Source of the DNA: Bdellovibrionales bacterium RIFOXYD12_FULL_39_22
GTDB taxonomy: Bacteria; Bdellovibrionota; Bacteriovoracia; Bacteriovoracales; Bacteriovoracaceae
Assembly (NCBI GenBank): GCA_001770205.1
Contig: MEQL01000044.1
Location: forward strand, 1 to 64,000
Direction of reading: 5' to 3'
Length of the DNA: 64,000 bases
Shown here: one piece after another, positions 1 to 9,118 of the stretch
Position numbering within the stretch: position 1 is the first letter of the stretch
How the letters are laid out: every line of letters starts with the position of its first letter
Notes under the pieces: generated by a model
Seen by the model: only the letters and a program-made list of their open reading frames with translations
Database searches by the model: none
What the model was told of the DNA's origin: nothing
Translations under genes and position numbers: made by a program

Positions 1-293
1 GGATCAGGCATTGGCCACGGCATAGGTTCAGGTTGCGGCATTGGAGCTGGCATTGGCCGAGGCTGTGGTTGCGGATCAGGCATTGGCCACGGCATAGGTT
101 CAGGTTGCGGCATTGGAGCTGGCATTGGACGCGGTTGTGGTTGCGGATCAGGCATTGGCCATGGCATAGGCTCAGGTTGTGGCATTGGAGCAGGCATTGG
201 CCATGGCATAGGCTCAGGTTGTGGCATTGGAGCAGGCATTGGCCGAGGTTGTGGATGTGGATTTGGTTCTGGCCTTGGACGTGGTGCGGGCCG
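1..293. repeat. Coding tandem repeat, 72-bp unit (QPQPRPMPAPMPQPEPMPWPMPDP on the minus strand)
   Basis: ggatcaggcattggcca recurs at 1, 73 and 145, followed by shorter degenerate units. Confidence 0.9.
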
Positions 294-1658
294 CCGATCT
301 TCTACACATCGATCATATTCATAACTCCAGTGCCAACCAGGAGCACAAAGGCGTTCACGATTTTGACGAACACATCGTTCAAGGTAACGATCCCACTCAT
401 ATCCGGGAGAGCAATGTTGATAATTGCGTACGCATCTATCAAATACAGGATCCCAGTGCTCATCGTATCCACATAATCTTTGGTTGCGAACACAGATACC
501 TCTGGAGTAGTCCCAGTAATAACCGTAAGCGCAGGATCTGTAGTTTGCAACACAGCGCTGCAAATAATAGTCATAGTGATAACCATAGGAGCAAGTTGTT
601 GACCAGATAGGGAGACATTCTTGACGATCCCAAGAATAGTACTCCCCAAATGAACAAGTATGTGGCATGCGCACACAACGATTTTCAAAAGCATCCCACT
701 TATAATTTAGTGGGCATCGAGGATGAGAGTTTAAAACACATTGGCCCAAAAAGTGGTCAAAGTGGTAACCCGGGCGACAAATTATAGTTGGCGGTGGACT
801 AGGATATTGAACACATTGATTAACAGAAGGTTCGTAGTAGGTTCCATCTGGACAACGAGAAGAACTATTTTGTACACAGTACCCTAAGTTTGTATCGTAA
901 TAGTAGCCACCTGGGCAATTCACAGTCTCCGTTTCTTCTGGTTTTACTACTGAAATTTGAAATTGTTTAAAAATTTCATTTCCAGTTAGCTCGTCACCAA
1001 GAGAAAGAATGAACATGTAAGTTCCAAGTTCTTCCAAACGAGGTTTTCCTACAATGCTGAAAGTTTTAAATTGCTCACTAACTAATATTGATAAATTTTC
1101 TGGAAGGCCGGAGGCGATAACACTTCCTCTAAAAGTGAAAGAGGGAATGTCTGTATCTACTAAAATATGATCGGTATAGTTTCGATTGATGACAGCATCG
1201 GACATATAGCGATCAGATTTAAAGCGAGGATGAGTTATGTTTTCATCATCTTCGGCCACAATACATAGCTCTCTTGAGGTAGTTACATTTTTTTCTGCAA
1301 TTGATGCTCTAATTACAAAGCACCATGACTCGGTAAACTGCGGTGTACCAAAGATGAGTGCCTTGTCGGCAACGGTGTCTTCGAGCTCCATTCCCTGGGG
1401 AACAAAGCTTTCAGCATCTATTGACCAGGATACATTGGAACTAATAACACCATCGTTATCGTAGAGAGATAATTCAATTTCGCTGTAAACGCCATACTGG
1501 ATTTGCAATTCGTTTTCGTTGACATTGATGGCCAAAGAGTTCTTTAGATCAGATGTCGGTTCAAAACTTGCAAATTCATCAGCGTGACTGGGTGCTGAAT
1601 AGATGCACCCTAAAGACAAAAAGACGATCAGAAGATAGAGAAACTTTTTTTTCTTCAT
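1..1658 (-). CDS. Secreted protein, truncated by the window edge: signal peptide, Ig-like region, ten C-x12-C repeats, Pro/Met-rich tandem repeats
   Basis: Translated by hand and absent from the ORF track because it runs off the edge. ATG at 1658 follows a GGAGG SD. Begins MKKKKFLYLLIVFLSLGCIYSAPSHA and the frame stays open to position 1. Confidence 0.85.
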   Translation of the reverse strand, partial: MKKKKFLYLLIVFLSLGCIYSAPSHADEFASFEPTSDLKNSLAINVNENELQIQYGVYSEIELSLYDNDGVISSNVSWSIDAESFVPQGMELEDTVADKALIFGTPQFTESWCFVIRASIAEKNVTTSRELCIVAEDDENITHPRFKSDRYMSDAVINRNYTDHILVDTDIPSFTFRGSVIASGLPENLSILVSEQFKTFSIVGKPRLEELGTYMFILSLGDELTGNEIFKQFQISVVKPEETETVNCPGGYYYDTNLGYCVQNSSSRCPDGTYYEPSVNQCVQYPSPPPTIICRPGYHFDHFLGQCVLNSHPRCPLNYKWDAFENRCVRMPHTCSFGEYYSWDRQECLPIWSTTCSYGYHYDYYLQRCVANYRSCAYGYYWDYSRGICVRNQRLCGYDEHWDPVFDRCVRNYQHCSPGYEWDRYLERCVRQNRERLCAPGWHWSYEYDRCVEDRRPAPRPRPEPNPHPQPRPMPAPMPQPEPMPWPMPAPMPQPEPMPWPMPDPQPQPRPMPAPMPQPEPMPWPMPDPQPQPRPMPAPMPQPEPMPWPMPD

Positions 1659-1933
1659 AAACCTCCCCCCGGGTTGTGTTGTTATAGTGGAGACATTTTG
1701 TATCCAGTATAGATGGTAATCCAACACCTCTAGGGCAATTAATGTGCCAATAAAACTAGAATTAAAACTAAAAAAACTTACATTTAATAAAATGAAAAAA
1801 TGGGCAGGTAAAAAGAAAAATATTTGGCAAATCTTACTTTTTTATTAACGCATCGCACGGTGCATCGAGTAGTTCGTGATGTAGACAAGATGGCCAAGAT
1901 GGCCCCTACCTGAGCGAGTTATTTTGCGCTTTA

Positions 1934-2770
1934 TTACTTTAGGCCTAAAATTTTACGAGCAGTTTTTACATCGGCCACCGGACGATTGGCCTCCTTACTT
2001 AAGCGTGCCACTCGTTCTACAAATTGGGCATTGGATTTTGCAAATTCTCCTTTGCGATAATATACGTTATCTTCAATTCCTACTCGTACATGGCCATTCA
2101 TCGCTATCGCACACATCGTCAGTGGTAGTTGGAAACGGCCAATGCCGGCCACCGACCAACTTTGCTCGGGATGAAGATTACTGGCCAGAGTAACTAGGTT
2201 GGAGATGGTTCCACTCATTCCGCCGGGAACTCCTAAAACAAAATCCATATGAAACTTGGCGGGGATAATTCCTTTGGCAAGATAACGCCAGGCAGTTTCC
2301 AGCATTCCAAAATCAAAAATTTCTAATTCAGGTAATACTCCGTTCTCAACGATAGACTTAGCAATGGACTTAATCGTCTGTTCAGAATTTTCAAAAATTC
2401 CATCGCCAAAATTCATTGTTCCCAGAGAGAGTGTGGCCATCTCGGGACGAAGCACAAGAGGTGCACAGCGCAGATCTACGGGTGTACCTGCCGCTCCTCC
2501 CGTGGAAAATTGAACAATGCAATCACAGCGTTCTTTAATTTTTTTTGAAACGAGAGCAAAGCGTTCGACACTTTGAGTCGGGAGATTATTATCATCGCGC
2601 ACATGCAGATGAATTATGGAAGCACCGGCCGCTACGGCCGCTACTGCTGATTCTACTAATTCCTCAGGATTGCGAGGAATATGTGGATAAACGGCCTCAG
2701 AAACTTCCGCTCCAATTACCGCACACGAAATGATTAAATGATTTTCTGGATTATGGTTACTCATAGGCAT
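1934..2770 (-). CDS. kce: 3-keto-5-aminohexanoate cleavage enzyme (BKACE/DUF849)
   Basis: AGASIIHLHVRD, QFSTGG, GTMNFG, PELEIFD and VRVGIEDN motifs; lysine operon context. Confidence 0.9.
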   Translation of the reverse strand: MPMSNHNPENHLIISCAVIGAEVSEAVYPHIPRNPEELVESAVAAVAAGASIIHLHVRDDNNLPTQSVERFALVSKKIKERCDCIVQFSTGGAAGTPVDLRCAPLVLRPEMATLSLGTMNFGDGIFENSEQTIKSIAKSIVENGVLPELEIFDFGMLETAWRYLAKGIIPAKFHMDFVLGVPGGMSGTISNLVTLASNLHPEQSWSVAGIGRFQLPLTMCAIAMNGHVRVGIEDNVYYRKGEFAKSNAQFVERVARLSKEANRPVADVKTARKILGLK

Positions 2771-2802
2771 TCCTTCAAATTATAAATTATAGAAAAAATC
2801 TA

Positions 2803-4068
2803 TTAAATTAGTTTTTTTATATTGTGCAGCCCCTCTTCAATCATCTCGATGGTGTAATCTAAATCTTTATCACTATGGCGATAGGCAATATATCCGTGAT
2901 GATAGGGTTGTAAAAAAACGCCACTACGAATTAGATGAGTGTAAAATGCCGGCCTTAACTTTTTATAAAGTTTTTTATCGTCCTGATTGAAGGTTATAAA
3001 AGGCATCCATGGGCCGCCGGAGAAATGGCAATCAATTTGGGAGTTAGTAATTATTTTTTCAACTTTCAAAGCAAAGCGCAATCCCTTCTCTTTTATGGCA
3101 TCTAAAATTTTATCACGTTCTAAAATTTCCAAAGTTTTAAGCGCGGCCACTTGTTCTAAACTGTTAGGATAAAAAGTAGAGCTTAAAAACACTTTGCTCA
3201 CTAACATATCCATGACCTCTGCTCGCCCGACGACGGCACTAATGGGGTAACCGTTGGCCAGTGCTTTGCCAAAGACGGAAAGATCTGGGGTTACCGAAAA
3301 CTCTTTTTGTGCTCCTCCTAAATTTACTCTAAAACCACTGCGAATCTCATCAAAAATTAATAGAGATCCATTTTTATGCGCAAGTTCTTTTAAATTTTGC
3401 AAAAAATTATTTTTTGGCATTTCCACTTCGTGCGCCAAGGGATGTCCTACAGGGGTAACAATAATTGCCGCCACTTCTTTGCTGTGAAGCTTAATGAGCG
3501 ACTCTACTTGAGCGAAATTATTATACTCAAACTCGAAAATATCTTCATAAAGTTTAGGGGGAATTCCACCTTTGACCTCCACGCACCAATCATGCCAACC
3601 ATGGTATCCACAGCGTAAAATTTTTGTTCTCTCCGTAAAACCACGAGCTATACGAATGGCCACCGACGTGGCATCGGAACCCGTTTTTACAAAGGCAGCT
3701 TTTTCGCAAGAGGGAATGAGAGATTTTAACTTTGAGGCCAATTGGTTTTGAATCTCTTGCGTAAGTGACATGCAAAATCCATTATTTTGAATATGTGCAA
3801 TGACCGCATCATCAATCTCTTTTTCTCGATGGCCTATGATGATTGGGCCGTAAGCGCAGAGCATGTCAATATACTCATTTCCATCCACATCAGTAACCCG
3901 ACCTCCCTTAGCGCTTTTAAAAAAAATAGGATATTCTCCGGGAACAAAATTATAAGGGCGTCTTATTCCGGCAACGGCCCCCGGAACCAATGTCAAAGCT
4001 TCCTCGTATAGTTTTTCAGAGCGTTCTAATTTTAATTTTGCTTTTTCACTATTTTTATTTGTTAACAT
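2803..4068 (-). CDS. kat: 3-aminobutyryl-CoA aminotransferase (PLP class III, acyl-CoA beta-transaminase)
   Basis: IFDEIRSGFR and FGKALANG PLP motifs. VPGAVAGIRRPYNFVPGEYP and YHGWHDWCVEVKGGIPPKLYED match my recollection of Cloacimonas Kat. Start moved to ATG 4068, which has an AAGGAG SD. Confidence 0.8.
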   Translation of the reverse strand: MLTNKNSEKAKLKLERSEKLYEEALTLVPGAVAGIRRPYNFVPGEYPIFFKSAKGGRVTDVDGNEYIDMLCAYGPIIIGHREKEIDDAVIAHIQNNGFCMSLTQEIQNQLASKLKSLIPSCEKAAFVKTGSDATSVAIRIARGFTERTKILRCGYHGWHDWCVEVKGGIPPKLYEDIFEFEYNNFAQVESLIKLHSKEVAAIIVTPVGHPLAHEVEMPKNNFLQNLKELAHKNGSLLIFDEIRSGFRVNLGGAQKEFSVTPDLSVFGKALANGYPISAVVGRAEVMDMLVSKVFLSSTFYPNSLEQVAALKTLEILERDKILDAIKEKGLRFALKVEKIITNSQIDCHFSGGPWMPFITFNQDDKKLYKKLRPAFYTHLIRSGVFLQPYHHGYIAYRHSDKDLDYTIEMIEEGLHNIKKLI

Positions 4069-4837
4069 GGGAGACTCCTTTGCGTTCAATAAGGGTGGTA
4101 ATTAGATAGGAAGCTACCATAGAAGGAAGTGTTCCTGGGCCAAATCCGGCATCATAACCCAATTCACAGGCCAGATCATTGGAGACTCGTGGCCCGCCGG
4201 CACAGATTAAAAAGCGTGAGCGCAATTGTTCGGCCTCTAATAGTTCTATGAATTCGGTAAAATTGCGGATGTGAGCATCTTTTTGAGTGACTGTTTGCGA
4301 CACCAAAATAGCATCAGCTTTTACTTCTAACGCTTTTTTCAGGAGAGCTTCTGGAGTTACTTGGGAACCCATATTATAGGCATCTATCTCCGGATAGCGT
4401 TCAAGGCCATAATCTCCATCGTAGCCTTTCATATTCATAATAGCGTCAATACCAACGGTATGAGCATCAGTTCCAATAGTGGCCCCTACAACAATTAGCT
4501 TACGATTAAGTTTCATCTTTATCAGATTATTAATTTCATAAAAATTCATTTTTAAAACGCTAACTTCGGTGGCCTCTACGCTATTATAATCAAGAGAGGG
4601 GATGGCCTTCCCGTAGGCCACAAAAAAAGTAAAACCATCAGTTAGTTTCTCGGCAAAAGAGATTTGCACTTCGGTAAGATTGAGTTTTTCTAAATACAGT
4701 TCTGCCGCTTTTTTTGCCTTCGCGGAAAGCTCCACGGGCAGAGTAAAGGAGACTTGTATCACTCCGTCATTTAAAGTATCTCCATATGGTTTGATCAGGT
4801 TATTAGTGGTGACATTTTCGCTAACTTGTTTATCCAT
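4055..4837 (-). CDS. kamE: Lysine 5,6-aminomutase beta subunit (AdoCbl-binding)
   Basis: KPYGDTLNDG, the DAHTVGIDAIMNMKG cobalamin/PLP motif and GYDAGFGPG. Confidence 0.93.
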   Translation of the reverse strand: MDKQVSENVTTNNLIKPYGDTLNDGVIQVSFTLPVELSAKAKKAAELYLEKLNLTEVQISFAEKLTDGFTFFVAYGKAIPSLDYNSVEATEVSVLKMNFYEINNLIKMKLNRKLIVVGATIGTDAHTVGIDAIMNMKGYDGDYGLERYPEIDAYNMGSQVTPEALLKKALEVKADAILVSQTVTQKDAHIRNFTEFIELLEAEQLRSRFLICAGGPRVSNDLACELGYDAGFGPGTLPSMVASYLITTLIERKGVSHVNK

Positions 4838-6392
4838 CGATCACCCCATCTTTTACAATGCGTTCCATAATCGGATTTGAATAGTTATTGCCTTTTTTAA
4901 ATACTCCGTCTAGGCCTTTTCCTTGATCTGGCGAACGTCTAATATTGGCAAATTTACCTGCAGCAATGGCCTTCATTAGTCCAGAGTCGCTAATTTCTTC
5001 TAAAAATTTTTCAACTTCAGACAAAACCTGATTGGCCCTTTTTTCGATAATACCATCTTTTTTAAATTCAATTTCATCTCCGAGTGATTTCGCGGTATGA
5101 AAGACATAATTGATACTCTTAAGTGCTGAGAGACGATCTTGCATCAGCGGAGTGTGGATGGCCTCAGTCAAAATTCCTGCCAGATGAATTCCCTGATGAG
5201 TTGTAATAGAGCTTAAATTAAACATTGTATCCATTACGTGAGAAAAAAAGATATCAGTGCTTTTATACTTGGTGGGAGGCATATATTTCAAGGGAGCATT
5301 CGGAAAAAGTTCCTTGGCCAGTTGTGCATGCGCTAGTTCATATAAAAAACCATTTTCTACCTTAGGATTAATTTCGAAGGCATGGCCTAGTCCCAACTGG
5401 GCGTCAGTTAGTAATGCCAATTTTCCCATGGCCTCATTAATTAATTGTGAGGCAGTAACGGTATAAGCATTTTCCACGGCGTCTGAAGTAGTAAGATAAT
5501 TATCTTCTCCCGTGTTGATAATAATTTTTGCGCGGGCGCAAATGAGGCGACTAAAATATTGATCGATAAAAGTTCGCTGACTATTGATGTCGCGAAATAG
5601 TATTCCGTACATGGAATCATTTAATAGCATATCCAAATGTTCGATGGCCGCACAACTGGCAATTTCAGACATACATAGTCCGGAAGAGTAGTTAACTAAG
5701 CGAACATAGCGCTTCATACGGGAACAGACATCATCCAATGCTTTACGCATGATTTTAAAATTTTCCTGAGTAGCAAAGGTTCCCCCAAAACCCTCAGTGG
5801 TTGCCCCATAGGGAACGTAATCAAGTAGCGACTGCGCAGTAGAACGGATAACTGCAATGATATCTGCCCCTGATTCTACCGCTGAAATTGCCTGAGTGCG
5901 GTCCTCGTAAATATTTCCAGTGGCCACAATTAGATATTTCCACGGAGATGGTGGATTTCCGAAAGTATTGCGCTTATCGTTTTTAACTAGACGGGTTTTG
6001 TCTAGTACACCAATTGCCTGTTCGCAAAGCTCGCTTTCTTTTTGTTTAATATCACCAGGAGATATTTTTTTCATTTGCTCAAGATCTAAAAGATTATCAG
6101 CAATGATTTTTGCTGTAGTTTGTGCATCACGGTTGGCCACCAGCATGGCGGCGGCAAATAGTGGAGAAATTCCGTTGTCTAGCATTTTTTTTGTCTTAAA
6201 AAAATCAACCACAACGTTTGGTAACGGGGTATTATCAGCATTAACACCATCTACCCCATAAAGCCGAAGAATGGAGCGCTCCACTGAAACAGAGGAATGT
6301 TTATCTATAAATTTTTGAATATCCTTAGCAATTTTAAATGAAAGTGCTTTGACCTGTTTAGTTTGTTTTGGATCAATTTTTAATCTGGCCAT
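4830..6392 (-). CDS. kamD: Lysine 5,6-aminomutase alpha subunit
   Basis: IVATGNIYED, ADIIAVIRSTAQSLLDYVPYGATTEGFGGTFATQENF, NYSSGLCM and KYMPPTK. Start taken at ATG 6392. Confidence 0.93.
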   Translation of the reverse strand: MARLKIDPKQTKQVKALSFKIAKDIQKFIDKHSSVSVERSILRLYGVDGVNADNTPLPNVVVDFFKTKKMLDNGISPLFAAAMLVANRDAQTTAKIIADNLLDLEQMKKISPGDIKQKESELCEQAIGVLDKTRLVKNDKRNTFGNPPSPWKYLIVATGNIYEDRTQAISAVESGADIIAVIRSTAQSLLDYVPYGATTEGFGGTFATQENFKIMRKALDDVCSRMKRYVRLVNYSSGLCMSEIASCAAIEHLDMLLNDSMYGILFRDINSQRTFIDQYFSRLICARAKIIINTGEDNYLTTSDAVENAYTVTASQLINEAMGKLALLTDAQLGLGHAFEINPKVENGFLYELAHAQLAKELFPNAPLKYMPPTKYKSTDIFFSHVMDTMFNLSSITTHQGIHLAGILTEAIHTPLMQDRLSALKSINYVFHTAKSLGDEIEFKKDGIIEKRANQVLSEVEKFLEEISDSGLMKAIAAGKFANIRRSPDQGKGLDGVFKKGNNYSNPIMERIVKDGVIDG

Positions 6393-6530
6393 AAAAATAT
6401 CTTCCCATTGCGCAGAGATGAGCATCTGCATGATGCCTGGAGTAATTTATATATTGAAATATTATCCACCGCTTTGGGCCAGTTCGTCAAAAAAATAAGA
6501 ATCACAAAAGTTGCAACGGGAGTGTAATTA

Positions 6531-8147
6531 TTAACTGTGCTTGATAATATTTTTTAGCTGTGCCCTAATATCTTCATCAAAGGGAAAGTGCAAGGCCATA
6601 TAAATGGCCTTCTGATTTTCTAAGGTACTTTTCGTGCTATCAAAATTGGTAATTTTTGTAATGGTATAAGGCATTTTTTTTGTCAGATCAATGATGCCAT
6701 CGAACTTAATTGAATCCAGTTTGTTTTCAATGTCATCAAAACTATGCTTAGAAAAGATATCGTCCATTTTATACAGATTATAAGCACTGTTTTTAAAAAG
6801 TTCCGGGTATTGAGAGGTGCAAAAAAAGATCAAGTTTTCACGGCTGAATTTATCTAGAAAGATTTTTGATAACTGGACGGCACTTATTGGATTAGTGGAG
6901 TTAAACATTTCATCAACAAAGATAAAAGATGAGGATAAATGTTTTTGGGCAAAAAAGGCCAACTCCTCTCCAAAAGAGGAGAGATGTTGCCTAAGGCTGC
7001 CAGAATTTTTTATATGGATGGCAATATTGGATGGAAAGTTTGTTTCCAATCTTTTGGCCGGAACAGGCAGACCTACTGAAGTGAGCATCAAATGAAAATA
7101 AAGGGCCTTAAGAGTAGTTGTTTTGCCAGACATATTGGGCCCATAGAGTAGATTACTCCCTTTTTCTAAATTGATGTTTAGAGGAACATGGCCGATGCCT
7201 TGAGTCGTAGTACAGTTGAGGCATGGGAGTTTTGCTTCGCAAATAGAAAGTTTTACTTCCTCGCAGATTGTTGGAAAAACCAAATCATTATTGGCCGCGG
7301 TAAAGAGGAGCAGGTAATTGTAAGTGATTTCTTTGCGATTGATGTAGATAGTTAGAAAGGCCTCATGGAATTGAAAAAGTGCTTCATTTAGCATGAACAT
7401 TTTTTTTCTCATTGAGGACTCAAAATCTGCTTGGATGCTTTTTTTCTTTTCAAGGGCCTTATCTATTTTTGCTGGCAGTAGGTAATTAATTTTATAAAAA
7501 TTAACAGAGAGTGATAGAGAGACTAGTGTGGATTTTTCAATTTTTTTTAGGCGGTGATCGTTTAAACTTATCTCTTTAGGAAAAGGGTAGGTCATTGACA
7601 AAGAAGTCTCTTTTAAAATGGCCTGCTCATATTCCACAAGTAGTTTTTCAATAAGCTTGTTTTGTTCGTTGAGATCATTTTTTATTTTTTCTTCAGATCG
7701 AGAGAGAGTAATTTTAGAAAAATCTCCAGTAGTATATTCTTTTAAAATTTTCAAAATGCGATTTAAAAGATGGCGATCGGATTGTGTTTTGGCAAAATGT
7801 ATCTCTTCGCCAATAAGCTTGAGCGATTCTGAGATATATTGCCCTAAATGAAAAATTTGATATTGATCTATAGCGCGATTTTTCCAACTCACCAAAATGT
7901 CATCTAGGTTTGGTAAAAGCTTGCAAATACTTATAACGCTGTTTAGTTCGGAGCTTCTTTTTTTAGCAATTTCAAAAAGAGAGGAGAGTTCTTTAAAGTG
8001 TGCCTTAGCATGTTCAAGTTCCATGGCCTGTAAAACTTTAAAAGGAAGTGTTGGAATATTAGTAGAAAATAGATGTAGATATTCGGAAAAACCAAGCTCC
8101 TCGTATAATGCGCTATTAATTAGTTCCTGTCTAAATTCTAACTTCAT
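6531..8147 (-). CDS. kamC: MutS-ATPase-like lysine 5,6-aminomutase reactivase subunit
   Basis: GPNMSGKTT Walker A, LSSFGEE and IFVDEMFNSTNP of MutS domain V, with no mismatch-binding domain; lies between kamB and kamD. Confidence 0.75.
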   Translation of the reverse strand: MKLEFRQELINSALYEELGFSEYLHLFSTNIPTLPFKVLQAMELEHAKAHFKELSSLFEIAKKRSSELNSVISICKLLPNLDDILVSWKNRAIDQYQIFHLGQYISESLKLIGEEIHFAKTQSDRHLLNRILKILKEYTTGDFSKITLSRSEEKIKNDLNEQNKLIEKLLVEYEQAILKETSLSMTYPFPKEISLNDHRLKKIEKSTLVSLSLSVNFYKINYLLPAKIDKALEKKKSIQADFESSMRKKMFMLNEALFQFHEAFLTIYINRKEITYNYLLLFTAANNDLVFPTICEEVKLSICEAKLPCLNCTTTQGIGHVPLNINLEKGSNLLYGPNMSGKTTTLKALYFHLMLTSVGLPVPAKRLETNFPSNIAIHIKNSGSLRQHLSSFGEELAFFAQKHLSSSFIFVDEMFNSTNPISAVQLSKIFLDKFSRENLIFFCTSQYPELFKNSAYNLYKMDDIFSKHSFDDIENKLDSIKFDGIIDLTKKMPYTITKITNFDSTKSTLENQKAIYMALHFPFDEDIRAQLKNIIKHS

Positions 8148-9102
8148 TGCAATCCTCTTGAAATAGATTATACACGGGAATATTGGGAGGGATTTTTAAA
8201 TTAATCATTTTGCTCTCTTGATTTAAAAAGATGGCCAGTACATTTACTGGATTATAGAGATAAAAACGCAGGGAAGATTCTTGTTGCTCGGAAGTGGAGA
8301 TCATTTGGTATTGAGTAAAGTTATCAATAACAACATTAATCTGAGTGGCCTTTAGGTAGGAAAAGAGTGTTTTGGTAAAGGCACCATCTAAATACAAAAA
8401 AAGTTTTTCACTGGCGTTTTCTAATGCCATACTTCTTAATTCCTCATCTAAAAAAGGGGCCAATTTTCCAGCATGAAGAATATTTTGTCCATCAATTAGT
8501 AGTGATTTTAAGGACCCGTTATGCCGGCCGATTTCCTTGGCAATGATCTCTTTTGTATTTTCTGGGCAGGCAAGAAAAGTAAGGGGATCGAGTAAGTTTT
8601 GTGCTTTTTTTAATTGCGTCGTTCGTTCACTAATGAGCAGCGAAAAATAGATACCATCAGTAATTTTTGGATTGGCAATAAATTGTCGATCGATGGATCC
8701 ATCTAAAAGAATTATCATTTTGTGATTGTATTGATGAAGCTCTTTTTTGATAAGCAAGATTTCAGAGGCCTCATTAGGGCCCTCCAGTACAATATTAAAA
8801 GAGGTAAGTGCCTTAGCAAAAATCCAATTTTTTTTAAAGCTTGGGCGGCCAAATATACCACAAGTGGCATATTTCCCAGGGTGGGAGGCCAAATGGTCGG
8901 CGGCAGTTACAAAAAAACTATCAGGGAAAATAGTGATCTGTGGTTTTTCAGATCCTTCGTAACTATCAACGCTCTCACCGTTAATTCCAATAGAGAGTAA
9001 ACATAAGACATTAGCAGTTCGTTGATGTTGACGGTAAACATAGTTTAAAGCAGTGGTTTTTCCTGCATTTTTATCAGAGCCGATAAAAGCTAATGTCTTC
9101 AT
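8131..9102 (-). CDS. kamB: Lysine 5,6-aminomutase reactivase partner subunit (P-loop)
   Basis: GSDKNAGKTT, SIGINGE and LDGSIDR motifs; overlaps kamC. Confidence 0.7.
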   Translation of the reverse strand: MKTLAFIGSDKNAGKTTALNYVYRQHQRTANVLCLLSIGINGESVDSYEGSEKPQITIFPDSFFVTAADHLASHPGKYATCGIFGRPSFKKNWIFAKALTSFNIVLEGPNEASEILLIKKELHQYNHKMIILLDGSIDRQFIANPKITDGIYFSLLISERTTQLKKAQNLLDPLTFLACPENTKEIIAKEIGRHNGSLKSLLIDGQNILHAGKLAPFLDEELRSMALENASEKLFLYLDGAFTKTLFSYLKATQINVVIDNFTQYQMISTSEQQESSLRFYLYNPVNVLAIFLNQESKMINLKIPPNIPVYNLFQEDCNEVRI

Positions 9103-9118
9103 TACAAAAAGGCGCTAC

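Noticed and set aside
1..293. Repeats as a CRISPR array
   Set aside because: The units are contiguous with no unique spacers, keep a reading frame, and no cas genes are present.
33..694. ORF-track calls 33..476 (+, His/Trp/Arg-rich), 221..610 (+) and 302..694 (-)
   Set aside because: They are shadows of the real minus-strand gene starting at 1658. The HW-rich peptide is the antisense of the Pro-Met repeat.
2803..4068. hemL (glutamate-1-semialdehyde aminomutase)
   Set aside because: Same fold, but it lacks the HemL PGGVNSPVR and YHGH.D signatures and sits inside a lysine-fermentation operon.
6531..8147. MutS/MutS2 DNA repair gene
   Set aside because: Only the ATPase domain is recognisable, and its position between kamB and kamD fits the aminomutase reactivase.
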